From positions 46,851,847 to 46,915,846 of the forward strand of contig CP154954.1 in assembly GCA_039621445.1 (NCBI GenBank): DNA of 64,000 nucleotides. Reading direction: 5' to 3'. Under the pieces are notes generated by a model that saw nothing but the letters and a program-made list of their open reading frames with translations, was not told the DNA's origin and made no database searches. The DNA is from Euglena gracilis (lineage: Eukaryota). Below are positions 13,101-25,464 of this stretch, in pieces. The position numbers and the translations under genes are program-made. Within the stretch, counting starts at the first letter, position 1. Each line of letters begins with the position of its first letter.

Positions 13101-15800
13101 CGGACGCCTCCGATTATGCGGTGGGCGCCGTGCTGGAGCAGCTGCCGAAGGTGGAGGGCATCCCCTCGGTGGAGGAGCTCCTGAAGCCCGGGGCGACGGT
13201 GGCGGTGGGCTTCATGAGCAGGAAGCTGACGGAGGGGCAGCGGCTGCGGTGGGATACCCGCGACAAGGAGACGTACGCGGTGGTGAGCGCGCTGGACAAG
13301 TGGGGCGGCTACATCACCGGGCAGAAGGTCCTGGTCCTGACGGACCATCGGTCCCTGGAGAGCTGGTACAAGGAGCACGTCTCCCGGGGATCGGGACCGC
13401 AAGGTCGGCGGGCGAGGTGGCACTCCAAGCTGAACGAGCACATGGTGGAGGTGGTGTACGTGCCGGGGGAGAAGAACGAGGTGGGGGACGCGCTGTCGCG
13501 GTGGGCGTACCCGGCCAGCCAGGAGTACCGAGACGACGCCGAGGAGATGGAGCAGCAGATCCGAGAGGAGAAGGCCGCGGAGCGCAGCTGCCCGAAGGCA
13601 GTACACCCGGTGGATAAGGTGTGCCCCCTCCCAACCGCAAATGCGGCATCCCCATCGCCGCCAGCCGGGACACCGGCAGCCACAGCGGCATCGGCCGGGA
13701 CACCGGCATCCGAGGCGGCGCCCGCCGGGATTCCGGCAGCCGGAAGACCGGCAATCCGACCGCCGCCCCCTCCGAACCCCACCGCGCCGGCTGCGACTGC
13801 AGCACCGACCGTGCGAGCGCCCAGTGGGACAGCGCTGGCGTCGCCCGGGCAGCCCGAGCAGCCGCAGCACCCAGCGGTGTCCGCGCAGCCCAAGCAGCAG
13901 CAGCAGCCCGCCACACCACGCACGGTGCGGTTTTCCGTATGGCCAGCAGGGGCACCGGCAGCAGCACCCGCTGTGCGATCCCCGTCCGCCGAGCAAGCGT
14001 CGTCTCCGCCCGCGACTAGCGCACGCAGCATCCCACCACCGTCCGCAGCAATCGCCGTGACCACCCGAAGCCAGGCGGCCGCCATGCCGCCCAGTGCCGT
14101 CGTCCCGAAGAAGCCAGCCGAGGGAGCGGTGCCGTCGGCCGGCCCACCCAAGGTGGGGGGGCACCCCAGCCCTCCCGCCGTGCCGCCAGTGGCAGCCGCC
14201 GTGCCGCCTGTGGCAGCCGCCGTGCCGCCAGCTGCAGCCACCTCGGCCGCAGCCCCACAAGACGAGGACCAGGACCTGATGGCGATGGACTGGAGTGAGG
14301 CGTATGAGAAGTGCCCAACGTTCAAAGAGCCGTGGCAGGCCATCAAGCACGGCCGGCCATGGCCCACCGGCTACCGGAAGGAGGCAGGCAAGCTGGTGAA
14401 AGATTCCGTCTGGTGCGTGCCGGATGCCCTGACCGAGCGGGCAATCCGAGAGCAGCACCGGGCGTCGGGGCACGTCGGTGGTGAGCGCCTCCTCGATGAG
14501 GCCAGTCGGAAATTCCAGTTTGCGGTGCCCTCCCGAGCACGCGATGCTGGCGGGCAAGATTCTGGCTGTGTGCGAGTTCTGCCAGGCGTCAGAGCACCCC
14601 CACCAACCCCTCCGGCTCCGCATCACGCCCACTCCAGTGCCGCCCCATGTGATGTGTTCGGTGAGCGTGGATCTGTTCCAGATGCCGGAGGTGGAGGTGG
14701 AGGGCGGCAGGCTGGTGAATGTGTTCGCAGCATGCATCGATCGGCACTCCGGCTGGGCGATCGCGACCGTGCACCACACCCGCGGGCTAACGGCGGAGGC
14801 AGTGGCGAAGGCGATGTATGAGCAGTGGGCGCAGTTCGGTGTGCCAAGCGTCATCACGTCGGACCGGGCCCCCACTTCGTGGGGGCCCGGTGGAGGGCAA
14901 TGTGCGCAATACTGGGGGTGCGCCATGCCTTCTCCCAAGCATACCACCACGAGGGCAACGCCCGTGCGGAGGTCCTCGGCGCGCAGATCCAGAAGCGGCT
15001 GAGGAAGATGAAGGCGGCGGAGGGCGTGGCGTGGCCGGAGGCGCTGCCGCGGGCCCTGCGGACCCTGCACGACAGTGCTGGGCCCAGCGGCCTGAGCCCC
15101 TTCCAGGTGCTCTTCGGCCGCGAGCGGTGGTACGGCGGGGTGCCGTACCAGCCGCCCACGCGGGCCGAGGACGCGGTGGCCTTCTTCGAGCGCATGCAGG
15201 ACATCGATCATCGTGTCGCGAAGATCTTGAACGAGGAGCACGCCAAGACAGCCGAGACGGTCAACAAGCGGAGGAAGGAGCTGCCGGAGCTGGAGATTAA
15301 CGACAAGGTCTGGTACCTCCGCCCGCGCACCCGCACCGGCGAGAAGCTGGAGACGTAATGGATCGGGCCGTGTGTGGTGGCAGAGCGCACCAGTGAGCAC
15401 ACGTACGTGCTCCAGATGGAGGATGGCCGGAAGCAGGTGGCCCACCGATCCCAAATCAAGAGCTACCGCCACGATCCAGCCCTCATGGGGCCACCGCTCC
15501 GCCTCTTCCACTTCCGCCAATCCAGGCCGGACGAGGGTTCCCGGCTGGACGAGTGGGAGGTGGAGGCGGTGGTCACCCACCGGCGCGATGCCAACGGCGA
15601 CCTCGAGTTCCTCGTCAAGTGGCTGGGGTACGAGGAGAAGACGTGGGAGCCGCTGCGGCACTTCTTCCACCGGTACGCCTCCCCGATCGTGTCGTACTTC
15701 GTCGAACACGACATCAAGGAGGACATCATGAAGTACCTCTCGAGGTTCCCGGAGGAAGCCCACATCGCCATCTGCCACGCCGTGGAGATCGAGAAGGAGA
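10147..15800 (+). pseudogene. pol: pol of element B: C5-MTase, aspartic protease, RT, RNase H, integrase, chromodomain
   Basis: IDTGA (~11480), YFDD (12602), RTDASDYAVGAVL, HHCC plus SVDLF/TSD integrase motifs, EWEVEAVVTHRR...FLVKWLGY...TWEP (~15551); frameshifts ~11160, ~14540, ~14870 and a stop near 15357. Confidence 0.9.
10678..11290 (+). other. C5-cytosine DNA methyltransferase domain in Pol of B
   Basis: Motif I ALDLFSGTG, motif IV SPPC (catalytic Cys 10864-10866), motif VI ENP (10981), motif VIII-like RKPTRFW. Confidence 0.9.
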
Positions 15801-16859
15801 AGGAGAAGGAGTTTGGGCTGTCCTGGGAGGAGCCAAGAGAGGAGTGGATGTGGCAGGACACCGAGGACGGAGATGTATGTCGAGAAGGTGATGATTCTGG
15901 AGACGATGATGAAGGTGATGGAGGAGACGAAGGAGATCGAGACCAAGAAGACGGAGGAGACGCTGGCCCGGCGGGTCCCCAACAAGCGGCCCACCCCAGG
16001 TACCCGGTCAGGGTCCACCGGCAGCCCGCGAGCGGCGAGCGCCCCGCTTCCGTGCGATCCGCGTCTGCGAGGGATGCGCTCTCCCGCGCTTCCCTTGCCC
16101 CTGCCCCACCGTCCACCACCCCATCACTCCCCATGTCCCACGCGTACCCACCCCGCAGTCCAGGCGTACCTCAGAGACCCGGTCCCCGAGTCTCCTCTGC
16201 CCCCACGGGTAGAGGTCGCCGCCCCCGCGTGTCGACCCGCAGGGACGCCCCAGCTCGGGATCCCCCGCTCCCACCAGGGGCCCCCGTTCCCGTGCACCCC
16301 CATGACCCGTCCCTGCGGCGAGGGGGCACCACCACCGGAGGCGTGCCCCTGCATGGCCACGGTGCGACCCGGCCCTTCCTTCACAACAAGGAGGCCACCC
16401 CTGCCCCCTGCCCTCACCCCATGGGGAAATGGAAAAGGCCTGGCGTCAAACTGGGATTTTCTCCATGGTGGTCGTGTTCCAGTTCATCTTTCTGTTCCTT
16501 CCCCTCGCCTTCGACGCTCAGGACAGGCGGCTGGCAGCGCGCGCGCAGGAGCTGAGCAGATGATCATGCTGGCTGTCGTCGTGAGGATATGCTGTGACGT
16601 CGGCGGCAGCTGGCTCACCCCCTACTGACCTGATGGATACTGTGGAGGCTCTCACCCACCAACCCAACCTCTTACACTGGTGTGCCACCCCTCCCATCTC
16701 TTCCCCAACCGAAGCTGAGTCACGGTGAGCCCGGCCGAGGCCGAGCCAGGAGAAAGGAGACCGGAGAGAGCCCAGAGAGGAGAGAGAGAGAGGAGAGGAG
16801 AGGAGAGCGACGAAGCACGGGGGCGAAAGCCCCGGGGAGAGGCGAGCAAAGAAGGACCA

Positions 16860-17605
16860 GGGGACCCAAAGGGGGGGGGGGACCCAACCGACCCCGGGGG
16901 CAAAAAGGGGGCCCAGAGGGGACCCAAGGAAGACCAAAGGACCCGGACCAGGGGAACCCAAGAGCGGCCAAGGGGGGGGGCCGCCCAAGACCACCCGGGG
17001 GGGGGGGGGCGCCCGGCCAGGAGGCCGCCCAGACCCCGGGGGGGGGGGGGGTACCCAAGAGCGGCCCAGGGGGGCCGCCCACGACCCCAGGGGGGGGAGG
17101 CGCCGAAAAAGCAGCCCAGGGGGGCCGCCCAGACCCGGGGGGGGGGGGGGGGCGCCGAAAAGCGGCCCAGGGGGGCCGCCCAGACCCCAGGCAGGGAGGG
17201 GGCGCCAAAGAAGCCCAGGGGGGCCGCCCAGACCCCAGGGGGGGGGGGGGGGCCGAAGAACGGCCCGGGGGGGCCGCCCGAGACCGCCCGGGGGGGGGGG
17301 GGGCACGCACGGCCCAGGGGGGCGGGCAAAAAAAAAAGCTGCCAGGGGGCCGCACAGACCGACCCAGGGGGGGGGACCCAAGAGCGGCCCAGGGGGGGGC
17401 CGCCCAGGACCCCAGGGGGGGGGGGCCAAGAAACGCGGCCCAGGGGGGCCGCCCAGACCCCAGGGGGGGGGGGGGGCGCCGAAGAACGGCCCAGGGGGGC
17501 CGCCCAAGACCACCCGGGGGGGGGGGGGGCACGCACGGCCCAGGGGGGCCGGCAAAAAAAAAAGGGCGGCAAGGGGGATCGCCAGCCCCAAAGGGGGGGG
17601 GGGCA
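16860..17605 (+). repeat. G-run-rich ~60-bp tandem array in the 3' region of B
   Basis: About a dozen degenerate units of GCGGCCCAGG(G)nCCGCCCAGACCCC(G)n. Confidence 0.85.
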
Positions 17606-17907
17606 ACCGAACCCTGACAAGAGCACCCACCAAGGAGAGCCAAGGAGAGCCAGAGCCAAAGCCCGAGCCCAGCCTATTCCTGAGGCCAGCCCGCAAGGCC
17701 GGACGACGTCAGCAGCGACGCCCACCGAACGCCTGCGGAGCACGGCCAGGGATTGGCTGGCGTCCACCCCCACCCGGACCACAGGAGCCCGCCCGCAGCC
17801 GGCACGCCAGGCAGCGGCGCAACGAAGGACCGGGAAGACCCGGCCAGGCTCCTGTGGCAGGGGGGCGAGAGAGGCAGCGGCCAGGCCCGGCAGCCGGAGG
17901 CAAGGCC

Positions 17908-17919
17908 GAGGAAGGGGAG
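17908..17919 (+). promoter_or_regulatory. Polypurine tract of B
   Basis: GAGGAAGGGGAG abutting the 3' LTR. Confidence 0.85.
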
Positions 17920-18562
17920 AGTTGGCGGACCGGCCGCTGCACCTTCCGTTGCCACTATTACAGCCTGCTGTTGTATATACTGAACCACTGCGCTAATTCA
18001 GCATCAAAATAGCGCAAACCGCTCTCTAACTGTCCTATGTATTTCACTGCAGGCTCCCTCTCTTTACCTATGGTTTCAATTCAAGATTGTGCCTGCTGAA
18101 TCAAGACCAAGGTCAAATTATATCAATTTTCAAGGAATTTCAAGGGAATTCAAAGAAAGGCGCTGGAGCGAAGAAAGTGCAAAAGTTCAAGAAAGTCAAA
18201 AAAACCCAAGGGCGGAGCAAGCAAAACATTACAAAAGATTGGATATCTGCTGGCACAGGAAGAGCAGTACAAGCAGAAAAGGTGTTGGTGCTGGGGTACA
18301 AGAAGCCTAGGGGAGGGCAACCAGGCCTTTTCCTAAACCCCCCCCACTGCCGGAAGGGACGCCAAGCCGGACTCCCCCCCTCCAGCCACTCCACAAAAGG
18401 AGGGCCTTCGGTCCCCGGGAAAAAATCCTACGTGGGAAGGGGAGTATCCCGAACCTACCCCTCTCCCCAGAGCCCATCGCGCCTACCCCCCACCCCGCCG
18501 GTACCCCCTCACGGACCCCCGGGAGTGAAGGCTGGGCAAAAAACAACAACATTCGGGAAACT
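17920..18562 (+). repeat. 3' LTR of element B
   Basis: Direct repeat of 6085-6726. Confidence 0.95.
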
Positions 18563-18983
18563 CAACGGTGGACCCCCTGTTTGCCTTTAGGGATGCCGGG
18601 GTAGAAAATTTCAGGGGTTTATGACCCCGGGCATTGGAAACCCCAACCCAGCTTCTAAACCCGACCCTTCCACCCGTAACCTCCAATCCACCAACCATCT
18701 TACCACAAACGAAATGACGGGGAGCGGAGCTTGGAGTGAAGTCAAATGGGCCGGCCGAGCCCAGCGTGATGGAGTGAGGGAGCGAGAAGCCAAGACCCCC
18801 CGGAGCCAAGGAGAGCAGGCACGGCCCGGAGGCGGGCGAAGGAGGTTTGAGGGGGAAGCGAATCCCCTCCCATTCCTTTCGCGTGCACATCCCTCCCCAT
18901 TCCACATGCCAAGCCAAAACTATTATGATTGTTTGAATGGGAATAGGCGGGCCTCAAACAAAAAGTGGGCCAGGAAATTTCCC

Positions 18984-19590
18984 AGGGCATTGGACCTCTT
19001 TTCTGGGAAAAATTCAGTGGGAAATTATTTGCGAGAAAAGGGTTATGAGGTGATTTCGGTGGACATCAACCCAGGTTTTCACCCAACCCATCCCGTGGAC
19101 ATCCTAGAGTGGGAGTATCGAGTATACCCCCCTGGATATTTCCAAGTCATAACGGCTAGTGTGCCTTGCACGGAGTATAGTCGTGCTAAGACGGTGGGAG
19201 AAAGAAATTTGGAGTGGGCAGACCAACTTGTGACAAAAACTTTGGAAATCGTGGAATATTTTCAGCCCAAATTATGGTGGATTGAAAATCCCCGAACGGG
19301 ACTTTTGCCAAAAAGGCATTGTGTGCAAAACTTGAATTTTATCGATGTGGATTATTGTCAATTTTTAGACTGGGGATACCAAAAACCCACTCGGATTTGG
19401 GGGAGTGAAAATCTGTTGAGTTTGAAGGACAAACTTTGTGATGGGAAAACCTGGTTTCATTTGATTGTGAGTGAGGGGGGTGGTTTGGTTCACAAAGAAC
19501 AATTGGGAGGAAACGGAATGAGGGTGAGCACTCAACAAAAATGGAGGGTACCTGAAAAATTGGTCGAGTACCTTCTTTCGGCCCTTGATA
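18984..19590 (+). other. C5-cytosine DNA methyltransferase domain in Pol of A
   Basis: RALDLFSG (I), VISVD (II), ASVPCTEYS (IV), WWIENP (VI), YQKPTRIW (VIII-like). Confidence 0.9.
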
Positions 19591-19619
19591 TTAAGGAGGA
19601 AAATTTTTCGTTTAAGTGT

Positions 19620-20012
19620 GAGGATTATGCCGTTCGAAACTCATTTGTGCAAATGATTGAGGAGAATTTTCAAAGGAGGGCCGAGGTGAATTGTTTTGCT
19701 TCTACCCAAAATTCTCAGTGCACATCATATTTGACCGAGAAGGAAAATGCTTTGGCGGTACCATGGGGAGGGGGGGGTACGGTTTGGTTGAACCCCCCCT
19801 GGACATTGTGGCCAAAGGTGGCAAAGAAATTGCAAAAGGACCCTTGTGATGCCATTTGCATCTTACCTGATTGGAGCAAAGGGTGGGTAAGGGAACTTGT
19901 TCGGAAGGCATCAAAAAAGTTGTATTTTCCACCCGGAACCAAACTTTTTGAGGTGGATGGGAAACCAATGGGGGGTGTGAGGTGGGGAGTTTGGACCTTG
20001 TTGATAGAGGGT
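19620..20012 (+). other. N6-adenine DNA methyltransferase-like domain (phage Dam / DIRS-type) in Pol of A
   Basis: NCFASTQNSQC (D/NxFAS..N), NALAVPW, WLNPPW catalytic motif (19791-19802), ICILPDW...W. Confidence 0.82.
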
Positions 20013-23000
20013 AATAAGGCCCCCGCCAACACTAGCAACCCCAAGAGAACAAAGGTGGTACATTTGAAATCGCGGATGGTTAAAAAGAGATACCCACCCA
20101 CAGGGATTGAGAAATTTTCGAAGGACCGACAACTTTTGATTCGGACAAGGGTTGTTTTAGGGAACGGGGAGGAACAAAATATGGACATTTTGGTGGACAC
20201 CGGTGCCGAGGCTAACCTCATAAGACAAGGGTTAGTGAGTGAGCACCTAATGTATTCGGCCGAACACCCCTTAAGGTTTGAAACCGCTAACGGTCAAGCC
20301 TTGAGTGGTGGGGGGAGGTGCACTAAGGTGGTGATGAAGTTGCAAGGGGAGGTGAGTGATAACACCCCACCCACAGATTTTGAGTTCGATGTGGAATTTT
20401 ATGAAGCCAATATCAAAGTAGACGCAATTTTATCATACCCATGGCTTGTATGCACAAAAATCGGAATTTTTCCACATCACCGTGTAGTGGAGGAACCCGA
20501 ATTGACATTTTTATTCGGTGTGAGAGATCATAGGAGAAAACGGCAAGGAAAAGTCCCTTGCACCCTACCCCAAGGGGGGGGGGTGACGAATTTGGAAAAG
20601 TTTGGTTTTCTCCTTCCGATGGAGGGTTTTGATCAAAGGGGACAAACCTTGGACGAGCACTCGCTCAAAATTTTGGGCCAGAATTTAGAGATGGCAAATG
20701 AAAACCCCCTACCTATTCGCAAAATGATCATTGCAAGGGAGGGGGAGGGGAATAATGAAACGGAATCCGAAGAGGAAGAGAGAATAAGGAAGCTAAGAGA
20801 GGAAATTTTTGGAAGGTATGATGGAACCGTGTTTCGGTCTAAGGTACAACCCGACCCACCCGTAAGAGGACCATATGGTTATGCATTCATACCTTTGCAA
20901 GAAGGAGCGCGGCCTACCCGACAAAAACCATTTTTCATGCACGGGGAACGAAAAGAAGCTTTGGAAAAAATCACTCAAGATTGGATCGATATGAAATTCA
21001 TCGCGCCAGCCACAACAAAAAATTCAGAATGGCTCTCACAAACATTCCCCGTACCCAAAAAGTCAGCCGATTTTCCTTGGAGGGGGGTTGTTGACATGAG
21101 GGGACCCAACAGCCAATCCCGTAGGTGCAACTACCCTCTTCCGAAAATCGAAGACATCCTGGTGAAGCATGGCGCAAACCAAATGTTCTCCATTTTGGAT
21201 TTAAAACAAGCCTTTCACCAACAGCCGCTTCACCCGGATAGTAGGCCTATAACTTGCTGCTTCACACCAAATGATCTTTACCAATGGAGGGTGAATGTAA
21301 TGGGGTTAACTAACGCCTCACAACAATTGCAACAAATGATGGATGACCGTTTAGCACCCGTAAGGGATATTGCTACCCCATACATTGATGACATTTTGGT
21401 AGGGACCACCGTCTGGGAGGGGGAGGATCTCCTCGAGGCACACAAAAGGGATTTGTGTAGGGTTTTGGATTTACTCGCCGAGGAAAGTTTTGTAGTGGAC
21501 CCCAAAAAAGCGGAATTATTCATCAAGGAAGTGGAATTTTGTGGCCAGATTTTGGGGCATCGGCCCCCGGCAAATTACGCGCCATTGAAAAATGGGAGGT
21601 TCCTACAACCATAACGGCCTTAAGGGCTTTCCTGGGCTTCACAAATTATTACAACACCTACATACACATGTATGCCCAAGTTGCGGCACCTTTGCAAGAT
21701 AAGTTGAAGGTATCTCGGGAGGAAGGCAAGAAAGGGAGCAAAAAATGGGTTGAATTCGGGGAGGTTGAACACAAAGCATTTGAGGAGTTAAAGAAACGGT
21801 TGTGTTCCGGATTAATTCTTCAAAGGGTAGACCCCGATAAACCCTTTGCTTTGAGAGTTGATGCGAGTGGGTATGCCGTAAGAGCAACTTTAGAACAACT
21901 CAAAGAAGGAAACGGTACGCCCACACCCCAAGATATTTCGGACAAAAAAACGGTGCCTGTTGCTTTTATGTCCCGAAAACTCACCGAGGGGCAAAGAAAA
22001 TGGACCCCCCGGGAATTGGAGACATATGCCATAATTTTGGCACTCCAAAAATGGGAAAGTTGGATTGGTCTCCAACCCATTTTGGTGTTGACCGATCACC
22101 AAAGTTTGGAGGCATGGGCAAAAGAAGTGCTCGACACCCCAAGTGGACCGGCGGGGAGGAGGGCACGATGGCACCAAATTTTCTCAAAATACGATTTGAC
22201 AGTGGGGTATATTCCGGGGAAGGAAAACACCATTGCCGACATTTTAAGTCGGTGGGCATACCCCGCTTCGCAAGCCCTAAGGGACATTAGTAAACATGGT
22301 TCGGCCGAAGATAAGAGGGAAATGGAGGAGCTCATAAGAGAGGAAAGGGAAGATGAGAAAAATTGCTTGTTGGTCAAAGTAAAAAATCAGCCTAACGCTC
22401 GTAATTTGTGGATAAGGGGAGTGGTAACCCGCAGCGGAAAAGAGGTGGCACCCAATTTTGTGGATGATGCATCAGGGAGAGGTACCGAGAGTGTAGAAGG
22501 TCCGGGAGGAATAAACACCACCAAAGACGCTCACTCACAAGGGCCTAGGGAATTTGGTTCGAAAAAGGGTAAGAGGAGAGTTACCTTTTGGGATGGAGTG
22601 GACCCTGCGGGAAATTTGGTGACCAACCCAAAACTTCCGACTAATGAGTTACCGAGGGGGGGAACTGGAGGGGGTGGGGCCCCACCAACTCCAAGTGCAA
22701 CCCCTAAGCTAACAAAATCAGTTTGGGAGAGAGATTGGGTGGTTGCGTATACCGAATGCCCCACTTGGAAGGAAAATTGGCTTGCAACTCAAAACGACGG
22801 TGAGTGGCCAAAGGGTGTGAAAGTTCACAAGGACCGAATGTTTTTTGAGGAGAAATTGTGTGTCCCACTTTCTTTTCAAGAATTCATTGTGCAAGAGGTT
22901 CATGAATTCTTGGGACATGTTGGTCCGGAAAAAGTGTGGAATTTCATCATTTTGCGGTACGCATGGGCTGATGAAAAAAGGGCACGTGTTTTCAATGAAA

Positions 23001-25464
23001 GTTGTTCCAAAAATTGTGTCACGTGCCAAGCAAGTTCAAGGGGGGAGACTTTGAAGGGACCCATAGATTCAACACTCATTCCACCGGCACCCATGGTGAG
23101 TGTGGCCTTAGATCTTTTCAAAATGCCATTGGTAAAGTATGAGGGGGAAAATTACAATACCATGGCGGTATGTGTTGACCGGCACTCCGGTTGGATCGTG
23201 GCCATACCTTTTTTAGAAAAAGGATTAACGGGTGCAAAATTGGCAAAAGCAATGCTCAAACATTGGAGGCTTTTTGGGATTCCTTCTATCATTTTAGCGA
23301 CCAAGGGAGTCACTTCGTGAACACATGGTGGCAAACCATGTGCTCGTTTTTAGGAATTCGGCAAGCTTTTTCTCAAGCCTACCACCACCAAGCCAACGGG
23401 CGGGTGGAAAGGGCGGGTCAACAAGTCATGGAAATTTTGAGGAAACTATTTGTGGACGGAAAAATGAATTGGGTTGAGGCTTTACCCCAAGCTTTGGATA
23501 GGATTCATGATGTGAAGGGGGAGGGCGGTTTTAGCCCATACCAAATTATGACCGGTAGGGAACGTCCCCTTGGGGGGATACCTTACCAAGCTTCCAAAGA
23601 GTGTGAGGATGCACAATAATTTTTTCATCGAATGAAGCTAATTGATGAAACGGTGGCAAAGGTTTTAAACCACACCCATGAGGTCAAAGCTAAAAGGATT
23701 AACCAAGGTCGAAGAGAAATGGAACCATTAAAAATTGGAACCCATGTGTGGTACAAACGACCCGAGGGTTCGGGTGAAAAATTAAACTCGAGGTGGATTG
23801 GTCCCGGTATTGTCAAAGCTCGGGAGGGAGAGAGGAGTTATGTTGTGGAAACCAAACCGGGTGTGCAAATTAAGACACACCGAAGTTTTCTCAAGGAGTA
23901 TAGGGAACCACCGGTTTTGGCAAAGGGGTTCCTTTGTATTTTTTCAAACGGACGGAAAAAGAGGAGGAGGCAATGCCCGATGAATGGGAGGTTGAGAAAA
24001 TTTTGGCCCACCGTAGGAAGGGGGATTCGTGGGAATTTCTCACCAAGTGGGTTGGTTATGAGGAGGGGGAAGAAACCTGGGAACCCATTGTAAATTTCAT
24101 TCATCGGTTTAGCCATGAGTTGGTTCGGTATTGTGCACACAAAAATTTGAAGGTGAATTTAATGGGGGAGCTTCAAAAATCTTTGTGAGCCAATTTTATT
24201 GAGGCTCAATTTTGCTTTGCTTTTGGATTTTATTTGACGGTGAGCTCAATTTTTAGAAGCTCTGGGAGGTGGAACGGGGCCAAGTGCCTTGCGGCACCGG
24301 GGGGCCTTGATTTCACGCTCCTATCCTCCATTTTGTATGTGCACGTTTCCTTTGGGTGCGGGCACATACACGGACGCGTCATTTTGCTTTGCGTGCACAC
24401 ATGTGCACACGTTATTTTGCTTGGCTTGCCCGCGTCACTTTGTTTTGCTTGTTCTCGTTGCTTTGTATTGGCCTTTTTGTCACAGGAGAGAAGCGGGAAG
24501 CTCCAGCACGCCGGGAGCCCCGACTTTGTAAATATTTGTAAATATTCACCCACGCATAGCTGGCGTTTTTTTTGTTTTTTTTAAAAAAAACGTTTTTTTT
24601 TGTTTTTTATTAAAAAAAACGGGCAAAAAAAACGGCAAAAAAAACAAAGGGGAAAATGATGGTCCAAATTTTGCCTTTGATCGCAAGGGTGAACCAATCT
24701 CAGCTCAAATGACTTGAAAACCAATACTTTTGGTTGTCTTCAACAAGAATGGTCAAAATAGGGCATTTTTTGCCATTTTGGGATGTTTCAACTTGAAACA
24801 TCCCAAATTTGGTATCTTTCTCTGACCGAGGATGGGTAAAAAAAGCTAAAATTAAAGGCAAAAAATTTTTTTGCCCTGGACCCTCAATGGCGTTTTTTTT
24901 GTTTTTTTTAAAAAAAACATGTTTTTTTTTAAAAAAACGTGTTTTTTTTGACTTCGTTTTAAACGAAGTGCCAGCTATGCACCCACGCGTGGGCATTCCT
25001 TCAAATGTTTGGGAGGAAGGAAGGAAAGGGGTTGGGGGTCCCCTCGGCAACAACCATCGCTATCTCCGACGACGCTACATTCGCCACCTCCATCATCTCT
25101 ACTTACACCAACACCAACATCACCACCCCGACAACACCGACCTCTACCAACATCGACGCCTCTACGGAAAGGGTGGTTGGCGGCGGTACGGAGGATTGCT
25201 CGTTTCACCCCTACCGCTACCTTTACATCAACGATTCGCACCTCATTTATAACCGTTACTCCTCCCTTCCCCCCACGCATCCCTACCCACACGCACGCGC
25301 ATACCCCCCCGGCAGTTGGAGAGTCCCGAGAGCAAAAATGTAAGTAGGGAGAGTGTGAGATTGGCCATAGCCCCTGTGCTATCGGTTGGACACTCGCAAG
25401 AATTCTTTTCGGTTTTTTCCCCCCAATTTTTTGAAGCCCTTCAAGGAGATGGAGTTGTGAGCAC

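Larger units (their letters stand above)
6085..18562 (+). mobile_element. Element B: nested GC-rich Ty3/gypsy chromodomain LTR retrotransposon with a C5-methyltransferase domain
   Basis: LTRs 6085-6726 and 17920-18562; TSD CAAC (6081-6084, 18563-18566); removing it restores the A gag frame. Confidence 0.95.
18621..24188 (+). pseudogene. pol: pol of element A: C5-MTase, N6-MTase, protease, RT, RNase H, integrase, chromodomain
   Basis: 997-aa ORF with VDTGA (20196) and YIDD (21381); RVDASGYAV/RELE/TDH RNase H; H-GH..C-C, SDQGSHF, NGRVER, WIGP integrase; EWEVEKILAHRR...KWVGY...TWEP chromodomain; frameshifts ~21560, ~23290, ~23930 and stop 23617. Confidence 0.92.

Noticed and set aside
12965-16018. 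1017-aa minus-strand ORF and other long overlapping ORFs in B
   Set aside because: Shadow frames of GC-rich pol with no recognisable motifs
16518-17996. Gly/Pro-rich ORFs or an env-like gene; CRISPR-like array
   Set aside because: Translations of the G-run tandem repeat; no unique spacers, no cas genes, no signal peptide or TM pattern
18984-20012. Prokaryotic restriction-modification locus or bacterial contamination
   Set aside because: The MTase domains are in frame with the retroviral-type protease and RT inside LTRs; there is no cognate nuclease or operon context
11150-23940. Internal pol frameshifts as programmed recoding
   Set aside because: They occur at different positions in A and B, inside conserved domains and some in homopolymer runs; better explained as decay or sequencing error
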